From the NCBI RefSeq assembly GCF_902459465.1, contig NC_047083.1:9920001-9984000 (forward strand): DNA of 64,000 bases, in the 5' to 3' direction. A model generated the notes under the pieces. The model worked only from the letters and a program-made list of their open reading frames with translations, did no database searches and had not been told where the DNA came from. Position 1 is the stretch's first letter. Each line of letters starts with the position of its first letter. Positions 51,021-64,000 of the stretch are shown here, piece after piece. Position numbers and translations under genes: made by a program. This DNA is from Asterias rubens (Eukaryota).

Positions 51021-54000
51021 CGTAGCAAGTTTGTATTATATTATGTACTTTGCAGGGTGTGTCCACAGTTGCTGGATCAATACATATACATGTACAGTGT
51101 ACAACTTTGGTACTGCAGTACTGTACATTGTGTATGTTGACACTGAACTTCAGTGTCAAAGGTCATGGAGCTAGCGATACTGCACCTCTGTGTGTTGTCT
51201 GAGCTGTTATCAATGAACTTGGCAGTGTATTGTACATGGTGTACTGTAAACAACTCCATGGGTGCACAATACGATACATACATAGAGTGATGAAGTTGTA
51301 AAGAGCGATACAGAAATAGGTTATTATATATATTACTACCGTCTACAGTATGAAAGGTCTGGACCCAATTTCATAGAGCTGCTAAGCACAATTAAATTTC
51401 TTCTCTGGTAAAAACAGGATTATCAACCAAATTTTCATTTGTTGCATTGCTTGATACTTAGCTGTTTGCTAAATCCTGAAAATCTTGTGGAAATTTGGTT
51501 TGTAATCCTGTTTTTAACAAGGAAGAAATTCCATGCTAAGCAAATGTTTGTGCTTACAGGCTTTATGAAATAGGGCCCTGTATGCTACAGGAAATATAAC
51601 TATACACAGGTGCACTTTAGTATTTTATTTCAAGTCAGATTATTAAAAACCATGACTTGTCTCAAATCATTTTGTGATGAAATCACAGCAACTAAAATAA
51701 AAATGTACACCAGAGTTCTTCTTTCGCGATAAACGGGAATCAAAGTTGGGGACCGAAAACATATGAGGGTCGATAACGTATGATGCTACGATACGATGTC
51801 AATACGATACTATCGTCGTTAGTTAGACTACTCGTAAATTCTTCAACCTCGATTTAGTTTATTATTAATTCAATTAAATTGTAAGTTACAAAAATACACA
51901 AAATACCATTCACTCATGAAAAACTCAGGGTCCAAATTTCAGACTTACAAAATGGTCCATGTGATGCCAAAAAGCTTGTAAAACTAAAAAAAAAGGTTTT
52001 TGACAGCACCAAATTTGCGCAAGGCTTTAACTTTGCGTGGAACATCTGGTGCGCAGGCTCACACCTGCGTGCACAATTTCAAGCGAGCCATCAAGTTTGC
52101 GCGCTCAGCGGAGGTTGAAGTTTGCGCGAGATTGAAGTTTGCGCCCTGTGTGTGCTGATTTATTGTGTCGTTTTGACCGTCACCCTACGTACACAATCAA
52201 ATACGAGTAGTACCTGTACCCTCAAAGGGGGTATACAGATATTTTCTGCATATACACATGAGCATCATACTACTCGGAAACGAGTTTGCTAATCAAATTC
52301 ACGTCTTAAAGGAGATTTTAATTTTTGATTAAAATTCACATTTGAAGAAAGATTACTAATAATTGAGGAATTTTGTCATAGTAAATTAATTTTTTTAAAT
52401 TAGTATTATTAATTGGAATAAAAGAGGAAATAAATTGTAACTTTTTGATGTCTGCAGATTTTGGTTTGTGTTTCTCGCGACTGCTGAGAATGTAGTTTGG
52501 GAGAGTCACATGCATGTGTTAATTTCCAAGATGGCGGCCTCCATGATCAAGTTTCAACACAACTCCACATGGCAAAGAAATCCGCATGGCAGTGTTGCTC
52601 GTTTCTCAGTCTGATCAGTCTTTACCGCTACATTAATATCTAAATAGGACAGAAGTTCAAAAAATTTCTACCAAAATGAGCGCTCTTGAGGTTTTTGACA
52701 GTTTCGAAAATGTGGCGAAAGCGGCTGAAAAAGAAGAAAACAGCTGGTGCAGTTTGGTGAAAACGCGAAGACACAGTGCCAGTTATGACTCGTTAGAATA
52801 ATGGCATTGTGGAAATATTATGGGGAAATCTAACCACAACAAATTAGAAGAACATCAATCATTCCTATTCAATCAGAATGTTATGCAATCGACAGACGGC
52901 CGGGCAAGAGACATGACTCTTGCTTGGCGTCGTTCATTCAACTTTCAAGATTCAACAAAACTTACTCAAAATGCCGGGTGGTCTGCCTGAAATTTACACC
53001 CATTCTCCGGCTGGCTGTTCTCTGTGATTTGATGTGAATTCCCATGGTGACACTCGCATTCGCAGACGACAGACAGCAAACAGAATATTGATTTAAAAAG
53101 AAATGTTTCCATCACAACAATAAACGCTTTTTTTTGTTGCAGAAGTCAAAACAACAACTAGCAGTCTTAGTCCCCAATCGTGTTCCATTAGTGCTTGTTT
53201 CTTCATACTAATATCTACGTAATAAAAATACTTTAGGTACCATACTAATTCTGTAACTTCTCAAAAGAGGGCGCTGCTTACATTTTGTCGCAATTTTTGG
53301 TCGACCCGCGTCAGAAATAATTACGCCCCCCCCCCCCCCCAGTTTAAGAATTTAAATACAAGAACTACATGTATTCATTATTGAGTTAAAACGGCAAAAA
53401 TCTATGAATTTATCGTCAACAGATGAGTTATTATTTTCCTGGTCCCAATGCTTCCTCCAATACTCAAAAAAAATGGAAACAAGATAAAAAGCCTTAAAAA
53501 AGGGGGCGTGATTCACGGGGCCACCGTCGTTCAAAACCACCCCCTCTATGTTTATCGTTCCTTAAATTATTTTCCCCTTTTTGGGGGAGGGGGAAAGGCA
53601 CTGGAAATTTTGTGGGAGGCGCCCCTCCCCTTCCCTGCCGGCTACGCGCCGCTGCCTGCTTGGGTGACTCCTATACAAGAGATAGGACTAGGTGGTGATC
53701 GCAAATTTCGCTAACCCTAGTTTCGAAATGTGTGACCCGCTCCCTGCGCCCAATTTCATGAAACATGCTAAGCAAAATTCTGCCTGACAAAAAAAAAACA
53801 CACAATATTTTGCTAAGCAAAATAAAAAAAGTTAATTGATTGGTCACAACAGTGCAGTGGGCTGGTAGCCGTTTCTGTAATGGCAGATTTTTGTCTATGC
53901 TTATGTGAGTTTTTGTGCTTACAGGTTTTATAAAATCCTTAGCCTTGGTGTCAGTGTCAACATGACCTAGGGGGCTGGGGGGGGGGGGGGGAGTTAGTCT

Positions 54001-55256
54001 AACTACTTTCAGACCCAGAAATCTCAACAATCAAGGTTTTTGAAAGGGGGGGGGGAGGGAGCACCAAAAGTCAGGATGGCTGCTTCCCTTTTAAGCATAA
54101 ACTACAACCTGATCTCTTAAAAAAAAAAAAAAAACATGTTTAGCAGAATAACAAAAATTGTAACAAATCTTTGGACAGGATTTGCCAAATGTTTTGAAAT
54201 ATTGATAATTTTTGGACAACATTTGAAACTAATTTTGCTCGTTGAATATTTGGGAAAATACTGACAACAGTTTTGTGTGAAGTTTTCCCCTCAACAAAAT
54301 AAACTCTAGTAAAGAAAATCAAAGGAATTGACTCAAAAAAATTAATTATTCACTACTGACCATGGAACAAATTATCTACATTTTAAAAACCTTTATTTTA
54401 TTACAGACATTAAAATAATATTTAATTAACACAATTTAAAGGTAAATATTAAACTTGGCTTGCTGTCATAAATGAACAATCTGTGTTTTTCCTCAAATTT
54501 CATGTTAAAAATAACAACAAATTATACACATGAGCCTTTTATACACATACTTGTCATGTGTGCATTTATACCATAAATATTCTTTTGATTGGTAAACAGT
54601 TTGTAACAGCGAAGTCTATTTTCTTTTTCAAAAACTGCCATATTCTTGAGTCGGCCATTTTAAGTCTTACTCCCTGACTGACAGGGTTTTGGATACACAC
54701 AATGCTCATGAGAGTAACCAGACTGTTTTTGTCTACTGAGGAGTATCTAATAGATGTAATTGAATTGTCAAACAGGCTTAAAGGAACATTACAGAATTGG
54801 TTTTTGATAACAAAACAGTTGCTGGCAGTGTAAGAACTTTTTGTAATCCACCATATACATAAACTGACAAGGGTTTAGAAGTTTGAGATCGATCAACCAT
54901 CTGGATCAGAAGAATGATATTGTGCGCTTTCTGCATGGGGCTAGAAATCATTTCAGAGGGAAATATTTCATAGAAAAAAATGGTTCTCAAATAAGTAAAG
55001 CTATCAGACTTAAATTAAACGCATGAACTTCATAATCAGAAAAGCTCTCAGATTAAAATTAACCAATGCCTTTAATCTTTACTAATTCTGTACAATCCTG
55101 AAAACACTTATTGACCACCCGCCCCCCCCCCCCCTAACCACCAAAAAGGAAATGCAAATAAACAGGTTTTATATACTCCATATGTATTGACATCATGGAA
55201 AACGGTGTCCCAGTAAGCATCTTACATCATTATCTTCTTTAAAGGGAAAGTATTAA

Positions 55257-55628
55257 AGGCACTGGACACTGTTGGTAATTAATCAAAATAATTATTAGCA
55301 AAAAACCTTACTTGGTAACGAGTAATGGGGAGAGGTTGATAGTATAAAACATTGTGAGAAACGGCTCCCTCTGAAGTGGAGTAGTTTTCACGAAAGAAGT
55401 AAATTGCCATGAATTTGATTTCAAGACCTCAGATTTAGAATTTTGAGGTCTCGAAATCAAGCATCTGAATGCACACAACTTCAAGGGTGTTTTTTCTTTC
55501 ATTATTATCTCCCAACTTCAATGACCGATTGAGCTCAAATTTTCACAGGTTTGTTATTGTATGCATATGTTGAGATACACCAAGTGAGAAGACTGGTCTT
55601 TGACAATTACCCATAGTGTCCGGTGTCT
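55257..55628. mobile_element. Non-autonomous TTAA-flanked DNA transposon (Kolobok-like), full length
   Basis: ttaa|aggcactggacactgttggtaatt ... aattacccatagtgtccggtgtct|ttaa. Confidence 0.85.
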
Positions 55629-56344
55629 TTAAAGGCAAAGTATACCTTTTGGTTCTTGGAACCCGATAATTGTTTTTATCCTTTTTGAATGTAAATATTA
55701 TGAACAATAAAACTAACCAGTGAAAATTTCATTCTAAAAGGTGGCAGCGTTTTGGAGAAACCGCTGAATATCTGAAGCGATTAAGTCGCCGCAGGGAGAA
55801 TAATCCCTAATAGGCCGTATAGGTCGTAACAAATAACTTCTTTGGTTGATTGAACCATTGGTTAATCACAAGTCAATAACCGAAATAGTTGATGGTTACA
55901 GCTGCCAAAACTCACCCCTACTTCCCCCAGATCTTTTTTTTTTCACCCAAGAAATAAACCAAATAAAAACCACATTATTTATGGAGTGGGGAGGAGGGGA
56001 GTGCGTAGTGGGCGGAGACTGGGGAGGGGGCGTGGTTCCAGGTCAGGATATCACAAAGAGTTAAGACTAGTCTTATTTAGGACTAGCCTTAAGTTTTTAA
56101 TATCTCCTAGGACTACTTCTAAATTAGGACTAGTCATAACTCTTTGTGAAATCAACCATAGGGGCCGATTTCACAAAGATCTAAGATTGATCTTAACTGC
56201 AAATCAATCATAGGTGCTTAGTAATGTGTGATGTCACAATACAAATCACCATGGTGATACTGACAACACATCTTACGATGAATCTTAGTGATTTGTGAAA
56301 TCGGGCCCTGGAGCCGTAGACGTGATTTGTGGCAATCTTAACAA

Positions 56345-59300
56345 TCACGACGCCATCATGACTGGTCTGGCTTTCTTGGCTTCAAGCGAAGACTCTGCAG
56401 CACTCGCAAATCCAGTTCCTCCCTGAGCAGTAGAAATAAAAAATTAACATTATTAAATACAGACTTTTAGACACTTGTCATTGTAAGGATGTAGGCATGG
56501 GTATCATCCACTAGGAGCCTGGCTGGTAGAGCAGAATACATTAGGAGAGGGCTACTGCCACCAGGGGCATGTTGCCACCTACTCCTAGGGCTGAAACAGG
56601 GTAATCCCCTTCACAGTCCGTAAGGATGAAGGCTTGGGTACCATCCACTAAGAGCCTGACTGGTAGAGCAGAATGCACTAGGAAAGGGCTACTGCCACCA
56701 GGGGCATGTTACCACCTACTCCTAGGGCTGAAACAGGGTAATCCCCTTCACAGTCTGTAAGGATGAAGGCTTGGGTATCATCCACTAGGAGCCTGACTGG
56801 TAGAGCAGAATGCACTAGGAAAGGGCTACTGACACCAGGGGCATGTTACCACCTACTCCTAGGGCTGAAACAGGGTAATCCCCTTCACAGTCTGTAAGGA
56901 TGAAGGCTTGGGTATCATCCACTAGGAGCCTGACTGGTAGAGCAGAATGCACTAGGAAAGGGCTACTGACACCAGGGGCATGTTGCCACCTACTCCTGGG
57001 GCTGAAACAGGGTAATCCCCTTCACAGTCTGTAAGGATGAAGGCTTGGGTATCATCCACTAAGAGCCTGACTGGTAGAGCAGAATGCACTAGGAAAGGGC
57101 TGCTGCCACCAGGGGCATGTTACCACCTACTCCTAGGGCTGAAACAGGGTAATCCCCTTCACAGTCTGTAAGGATGAAGGCTTGGGTATCATCCACTAAG
57201 AGCCTGACTGGTAGAGCAGAATGCACTAGGAAAGGGCTACTGCCACCAGGGGCATGTTACCACCTACTCCTAGGGCTGAAACAGGGTAATCCCCTTCACA
57301 GTCTGTAAGGATGAAGGCTTGGGTATCATCCACTAGGAGCCTGACTGGTAGAGCAGAATGCACTAGGAAAGGGCTACTGACACCAGGGGCATGTTACCAC
57401 CTACTCCTAGGGCTGAAACAGGGTAATCCCCTTCACAGTCTGTAAGGATGAAGGCTTGGGTATCATCCACTAGGAGCCTGACTGGTAGAGCAGAATGCAC
57501 TAGGAAAGGGCTACTGACACCAGGGGCATGTTGCCACCTACTCCTGGGGCTGAAACAGGGTAATCCCCTTCACAGTCTGTAAGGATGAAGGCTTGGGTAT
57601 CATCCACTAAGAGCCTGACTGGTAGAGCAGAATGCACTAGGAAAGGGCTGCTGCCACCAGGGGCATGTTACCACCTACTCCTAGGGCTGAAACAGGGTAA
57701 TCCCCTTCACAGTCTGTAAGGATGAAGGCTTGGGTATCATCCACTAAGAGCCTGACTGGTAGAGCAGAATGCACTAGGAAAGGGCTACTGACACCAGGGG
57801 CATGTTACCACCTACTCCTAGGGCTGAAACAGGGTAATCCCCTTCACAGTCTGTAAGGATAGGCTTGGGTATCATCCACTAGGAGCCTGACTGGTAGAGC
57901 AGAATGTACTAGGAAAGGGCTACTGACACCAGGGGCATGTTACCACCTACTCCTAGGGCTGAAACAGGGTAATCCCCTTCACAGTCTGTAAGGATGAAGG
58001 CTTGGGTATCATCCACTAAGAGCCTGACTGGTAGAGCAGAATGCACTAGGAAAGGGCTACTGACACCAGGGGCATGTTACCACCTACTCCTAGGGCTGAA
58101 ACAGGGTAATCCCCTTCACAGTCTGTAAGGATGAAGGCTTGGGTATCATCCACTAGGAGCCTGACTGGTAGAGCAGAATGCACTAGGAAAGGGCTACTGA
58201 CACCAGGGGCATGTTGCCACCTACTCCTGGGGCTGAAACAGGGTAATCCCCTTCACAGTCTGTAAGGATGAAGGCTTGGGTATCATCCACTAAGAGCCTG
58301 ACTGGTAGAGCAGAATGCACTAGGAGAGGGCTACTGCCACCAGGGGCATGTTACCACCTACTCCTAGGGCTGAAACAGGGTAATCCCCTTCACAGTCTGT
58401 AAGGATGAAGGCTTGGGTATCATCCACTAGGAGCCTGGCTGGTAGAGCAGAATACACTACCTCCCTAACTTTTTACAAAGCATTTAAGCATAAGTGCCTT
58501 ACTCATCAAGGGCACAAGTGTCATGGTCAGGATCCAACAAGCACTCTGCTTAAGGTCCCGTGGGCTGAGACATGCCACACACAAAATGAAAAGAAAAAGA
58601 AAAAAAGAAAGATATATTTTTAAGTAAGCCATAATTTTTTTGTTTTGTTTTTCTACGCAAGTTGCCAGACACACAAGGCCTGAAGGCCTCTTCAAGGTGT
58701 GGGCTACGATTGTTTTTTCCCAGAGGCTGTTGCCACCTACTCCTAGGGCTGAAACAGGGTTACCCCTTTTACAGTCCATACGGATGTAGGCTTGGGTATC
58801 ATCAGTCTGAAGCCTGGCCGGTAGAGCAGAAAGCACTACCTCCCTGTGTGACCAAGTTTATGATTCAACCTGGGAAGCAGTAGCCAGGGGATCACCTGAA
58901 GATAGTCTCCGCTATTCATATAAAACTAACCCTTCTGATTTTGATGATGTCATTCTCCTTCAGTGTGTCTCCTGTGAAGGGGTCCGTCATGTCCTTCTTT
59001 ATGATTTTCTTGATACAGTCCATTGTGACGACATTCCCACTTAAAAAAAAACAATAGAAAAATACATACTTAAAGTAGGATTATAAATTTTGCGTGGTGG
59101 AAGTACAACTGAGAGAGGTTTGCAGTAGCACCATGTGAAAATCTCTTTTGAGTAGTGTTGATTCTGAGAATAACTGGTTGTTAAGGAGTCCCACCTTTGT
59201 GCACCAACGAGCCCATCCCATCCACCAGTTAATACTTTACAAGGCAGTAAACATTGAAGTGTGAAAGTATGCTGGAAGTATCGTGGCCGAGCAATTAAAA

Positions 59301-62300
59301 GAGTACCGAATTCAAACTCTGGTGTTTCTGATCAGCAGAGTGTGCGTTGGAATCCCCAGCCGTGACACTTTAGCAAGACATTTAACCTTTGCTTCGTCCT
59401 TCGGATGGGACGTAAAGCCGTTGGTCCCATGTGTTGTGTTCCTGGCTGAGGCTGCGGCTGAGGCTTGTAAACCCTTATATATTAACAGTTTAGATGTTAG
59501 TTTTGCATCAGGTCAAGTAATATAATTTTGGTTACCCTTAAACCGACGTGTTTTATATTAAGCACTATATCCTGTGTTCTGTGAAAATATTCAACAGGCT
59601 TAAATGTTATATTTGTATACAGTCACATAAATCTACCTTGGTCGCAGCACAGCACAAGGCGTCTTGTTTGATAAGATGTCATGCGTGACGGCACATTTGT
59701 ACCGGATCTGCTTGGCCACCAGAGGGCGCTTGTCGTTGACGTCATCAGCTCGTACGAAGTTCACCTGGATAAGGTTCTTTATCCTCAGAGGCTTCTTGCT
59801 CATGGGGCAGTAAACTGCTTTGCTCTGTAGATTTAAAAGTGCGATAATAATAAGTTTATACAAAGTGCTATTTTTAGGTAGATCAAGGTGCTGTGACAAA
59901 AAGAAAATACCGAATTAAAGCGTAATTTTTGTTAACAATAGACCCCTTGCAATACGCGCAGCGTACTCACATGTGCCTATCCCGAGTGTCATTTTGGGTG
60001 TCAAAATCTTATACAAACATGCACAACAGAGAGTTGACGCCCAAAATTACGCGCATTGTTCAGGGGCGCGTTCTATATTGTGTAAGACAAAAATTATTTT
60101 GTGATTTGTTTTACTCATTTCTCCAAAACTACAGCACCTCAGTAATTAATATTTGAAGGGAAGCTTACTACTGTCTTTATCTTCAGTGTGAGTTTAATGT
60201 CAATCTGTGGACATTTTAAAACGGTACCTGAATCCTTTCAGACTTAAATAGAAAGTGCTTACAGGTTTTTGAACTAAAGTCGCCTTGGCTTGAGGTGTTA
60301 ATGATGGAATCCAGAAACTTGGAAGTTCTGATTTCTTGTCGCCGTTTTCAGAGACAGCTGCTGTTGCTGCTGCTGCTGCTGCAGTGCCGCTGCTGCTGCT
60401 GGTGCTTGGGGTCTCGGAATGATCAAGTTTGGCCCTTTTGGTGGGTGGGGCCTCAGAGAAGGGGTTGAGGGGCTTACTGGTGATACTACGCTCTGGAAAA
60501 AGAAAGAAAAAAAATTCAGGGATGAACGGCGAAAGAAAAAAAAACTGCATTAAAAATAAATATTTCATAATGGACGGAAAAGGCAGGTAATGTTTTTTGT
60601 CCATTTTAAATATGGAGATTTGAGAATGATTAATTAAAAAGAAAATGGCTACAGCAGGATTTGACGTCAAGCAGTTGGTCCCATGTGTTGTGTAACGCAT
60701 GTAAACAAACCCAGTGCACTTATCGAAAAGAGAAGGGGTTGCCCCGGTGTTCCTGGCTGTGGCTGCTGTATGCGCCGTAGCACCTTGTAAACCCTTATAA
60801 GGTGCTAAATAATTGGGTCTCAAAATTCATCTTTCTGCAAGTTTGTATACACTCAGTGCATCGAGTACCTTGTTTGGTAGATACGTAACCTAAAGACTTT
60901 GATATTATTATTATTAAATTCAAAGAAAATCAATTCTTTCTCGAAAACTACGTTACTTCTACGGGAGCCGTTTCTCACAATGTTTTATACTATCAACAGC
61001 TCAACAAGAAAGGTTTTGTGCTAATAATTACTTTGAGTATTTACCAAAAGTGTCCACTGCCTTTAAGAGGCGACCCTTTAAAGTAAAGTTCTAAGAATTC
61101 CATCTCCGTACCTTTCTCAATGAAAGCCTTGACCTTGTCTTCCTTCACTGTCTTCTTCACTTGGCTCACCTCTTCCTAAAAAAAAAATTTCAAAACAAAT
61201 TTATCAAATAAATAATATAAATTATAAACAAACAAATTTATCAAATGAATAATAAAAATTATAAACAGCCTTTATAAAAGTTTCTGACAAAAATGCCATT
61301 CAAGGGCGCAAGTTCGCAAATTTAGACAAAGTCCAGAAAACTCAAAACAAACCATCGTTAAATTTATAAGGCACCAGTACAGTAGGCTTTAAAAAAAAGA
61401 GATTGAAGCAAAGTTTTGAAATTGGTTAATACAGTAGATTGCCTGATTTTTATTTTATTTTTATGCACGTTGCCAGACACACAAGGCCTGAAGGCCTCTT
61501 CAAGGTGTGGGCTACAATTATTTTTGTCCAGAGGCTGTTGCCACCTACTCCTAGGGCTGAAACAGGGTTACCCCTTTTACAGTCCATACGGATGTAGGCT
61601 TGGGTATCATCAGTCCGAAGCCTGGCCAGTAAAGCAGAAAGCACTACCTCCCCAATTTTACGTAGCAAGTGTCACGACCGGGACTCGAACCCACACTCTG
61701 CTGGTCAAACACCAATGGAGAAGATGATTCCATAGAAACGTAGAAATCACATCACTAACGCCTAATACTGATTATAATAATAATATTTACATACGCACGT
61801 ATCCGCCCTGCTGGGTGTTCAAGGCACAGTGAACCCCCCCCCCCTCCCCGAAAAAAATAAAATAAAAATACAAACCTGTTGGAGGCGACACTGACGATGG
61901 TATTCCTTCATCTGTTTCTCATAGTCTTGTTTCTGCTTCAAGACATACTCAAAAATTGCCTCCTTGTCATACAGATACCCCTCCTCACTGGAAAAGATAA
62001 GATTTGGGGTTGAGAGTGTGATGGCCGAGTGTTTAAGAATCAAATTCAAGTTCTGGTTGACATAGACACTGGACACTAACGGTAATTGTCAAAGACCAGT
62101 CTTCTTACTTGGTGTATCTCAACATGCATAAAATAAAAAACCTGTGAAATTTTGTGCTTTCAGATGCTTGATTTCGTGACCTCAAATTCTAAATCCGAGG
62201 TCTCGAAATCAAATTCGTGGAAAATTACTTCTTTCTCGAAAACTATGTCACTTCAGAGGGAGCCGTTTCTCACAATGTTTTCTACTATCAACCTCTCCCT

Positions 62301-62778
62301 ATTACTCGTTACCAAGTAAGGTGTTATGCTTATAATAGTGTCCACTGCCTTTAAGTCATCGGGGTGTGGGTTCGAATCCCAGTCATGACCTTGTGTCCTC
62401 GGGCAAGATACTTTCCCAATAATTGCTTCTCTTCATCCAGGGGTATAAACGAGTCAACCCTGGGACAGTAGGCCCTGCATGTACATCCCGCAGCGCAAAT
62501 ACAGGCGCATCTCCTGATTGCCATTTTGTGGGTCAAAAGGCAGAAATGGTCGACGCACATTGTTCGCAGACACTATCCTTTTCTGCGCGTTTTTTTGACA
62601 CACAAAATGGCGGAGAGGAGGTGTGCGTGTATGTGTGCTGAGCGTTGTGAATAGGGTATATACAGAACATACGTTATGACTGGGTTGGCGCAGGGCTGTA
62701 GGGTCAAGCAACAACAATCAAAGTCACCCACGGAGTCCTTCCCAAGCCGGGTCTTGTTAGTTCCATAGCCGGATTGAG
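56345..62778 (-). CDS. NOSIP: NOSIP copy 3; coding exons 2-8, no first exon found in window
   Basis: Exons 62778-62673, 61987-61876, 61175-61112, 60492-60263 (3 nt longer, poly-Ala tract), 59824-59637, 59039-58931 and 56422-56345 give an open frame. The last intron is expanded by a 137-bp VNTR. Confidence 0.93.
56482..58463. repeat. 137-bp minisatellite, about 14.5 units (NOSIP copy 3 last intron)
   Basis: Anchors at 56510, 56647, 56784 ... 58426; one unit is 135 bp. Confidence 0.95.
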
Positions 62779-64000
62779 CTGCAAGGGTAACGAACAAAGA
62801 ATTTCATAAGGGCGTCACAATTTATTTAGTCTCTTGTAATCTGGTTAATACATTATAGAACCTTTATAAAAAACTTATTGATTGAGGAACATCATTTAAA
62901 GGGATTGAGATGTATCACTAAAAGGGAGACGATTCTTTAAAAAATTGATCAAAGAAAATAAAAAAATTAAAAAATATCACAATTCAAAATATTTAAATTC
63001 TTGTTTTATATGGAACCTTGAAGTATTTATAAATGCACTTTTGTATTTTATTTAGCATGTTTAGTCAGATTATTAAAAACCATGACTTGTCTCAAATCAG
63101 TTTGTGATGAAATCACAGCAATTAAAATAAAAATGTACACCAAAGTTCTTCCTTGCCCAATTGGTGCTAAGCACAAGTTCGTTTCATGCTAGAGTCCCAT
63201 AGCAAATTGTGCTAAGCAAAATCTCACATTAATTATAGAACCTAGAAGTGTAACCAACTTATTGATTCAGAATTATCAAAGCCTATCAGTGTATGGAATT
63301 GTGAACTCTTAAAAGTGATTTGGGGTTGGAAAAAAAAATGGTCTAGGGTGAATCTCAAACCAAAGACCTCCAGATTAATTGTATTGTATTGTAATGTTTT
63401 ATTCCAAACTGGAACACACCCCGTAACCCTGGGGAGGGTAACAATTTATATAAAAACAAAATACAGTTAATGAATAAGTCATACGGAAAGGAATTTAACT
63501 TAGAACAAAAACAAATAATCACACAGCATATAGCATTCATCTAAACAAGTCTACATGAGCAATAATAAACTGCAATATCAATCTAGATTTATTAACAATG
63601 TCTAAAGTTGAGAGTATAATAAGAGACAGATATAGCATTCATCTAAACAAGTCTACATGAGCAATAATCAACTGCAATATCAATCTTGATTTATTGACAA
63701 TGTCTAAAGTTGGGAGTACAATAAGAGACAGTTATAGCATTCATCTAAACAAGTCTACATGAGCAATAATCAACTGCAATGTCCATCTTGGTTAATATAA
63801 AGATCAAACTTACTCTATAAACTACAATTCAACTACTTTACAGTCTAGTCAGTCTGTGCAAACAACGATTTGAAATCATGAACAAAATGAGTTCTGTTGT
63901 AGTGGTTTCCTGAAACCGCCCCAAACAACAACAAAAAGTACAAAAAGGAACGTTCAGGAGAAATGGTCAATTAGCATGAAATCAAATAGCCAATTTCGAC

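Larger units (their letters stand above)
33672..54000. repeat. Segmental tandem duplication with about 16.3-kb period
   Basis: A constant offset of 16287 holds between the TRIM C and D ATGs (33671/49958), the junctions at 36486/52773 and the donors at 36679/52966. Confidence 0.9.

Noticed and set aside
56482-58463. Regular array as a CRISPR locus
   Set aside because: Units are contiguous 137-bp near-identical copies with no unique spacers and no cas genes, inside a spliceosomal intron.

Overview
Eukaryotic, AT-rich genomic DNA with GT-AG introns. The SINE and MITE repertoire and the TRIM-NHL type suggest a marine invertebrate, probably an echinoderm (inference). The window is a nested tandem duplication with all genes on the minus strand. 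(i) There are four copies of a TRIM-NHL E3 ligase gene (RING, B-box1, B-box2, coiled-coil, NHL propeller; two coding exons plus a putative 5'UTR exon). Copies B (22891-25523) and D (47331-49958) are intact, A (15647-18258) has two frameshifts, and C (31065-33671) has an in-frame TAG. (ii) There are three copies of NOSIP (7964-12767, 39030-44049, 56345-62778). Each has seven open, correctly phased exons, but I found no first coding exon in the window. (iii) An orphan NOSIP exon sits inside an intron of TRIM B. (iv) Exon-like segments of an unidentified gene lie at the left end, and its putative first exon was co-duplicated. Intergenic and intronic DNA carries TTAA-flanked (Kolobok-like) and other MITEs, tRNA-derived SINEs, a back-to-back tRNA-like pair upstream of every TRIM coding exon, and several VNTRs. 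The most interesting signals are paralogue variation concentrated in NHL loop positions over a nearly invariant RBCC, and a phase-compatible TRIM exon 1 to NOSIP exon 2 splice that could give an RBCC-NOSIP chimera.
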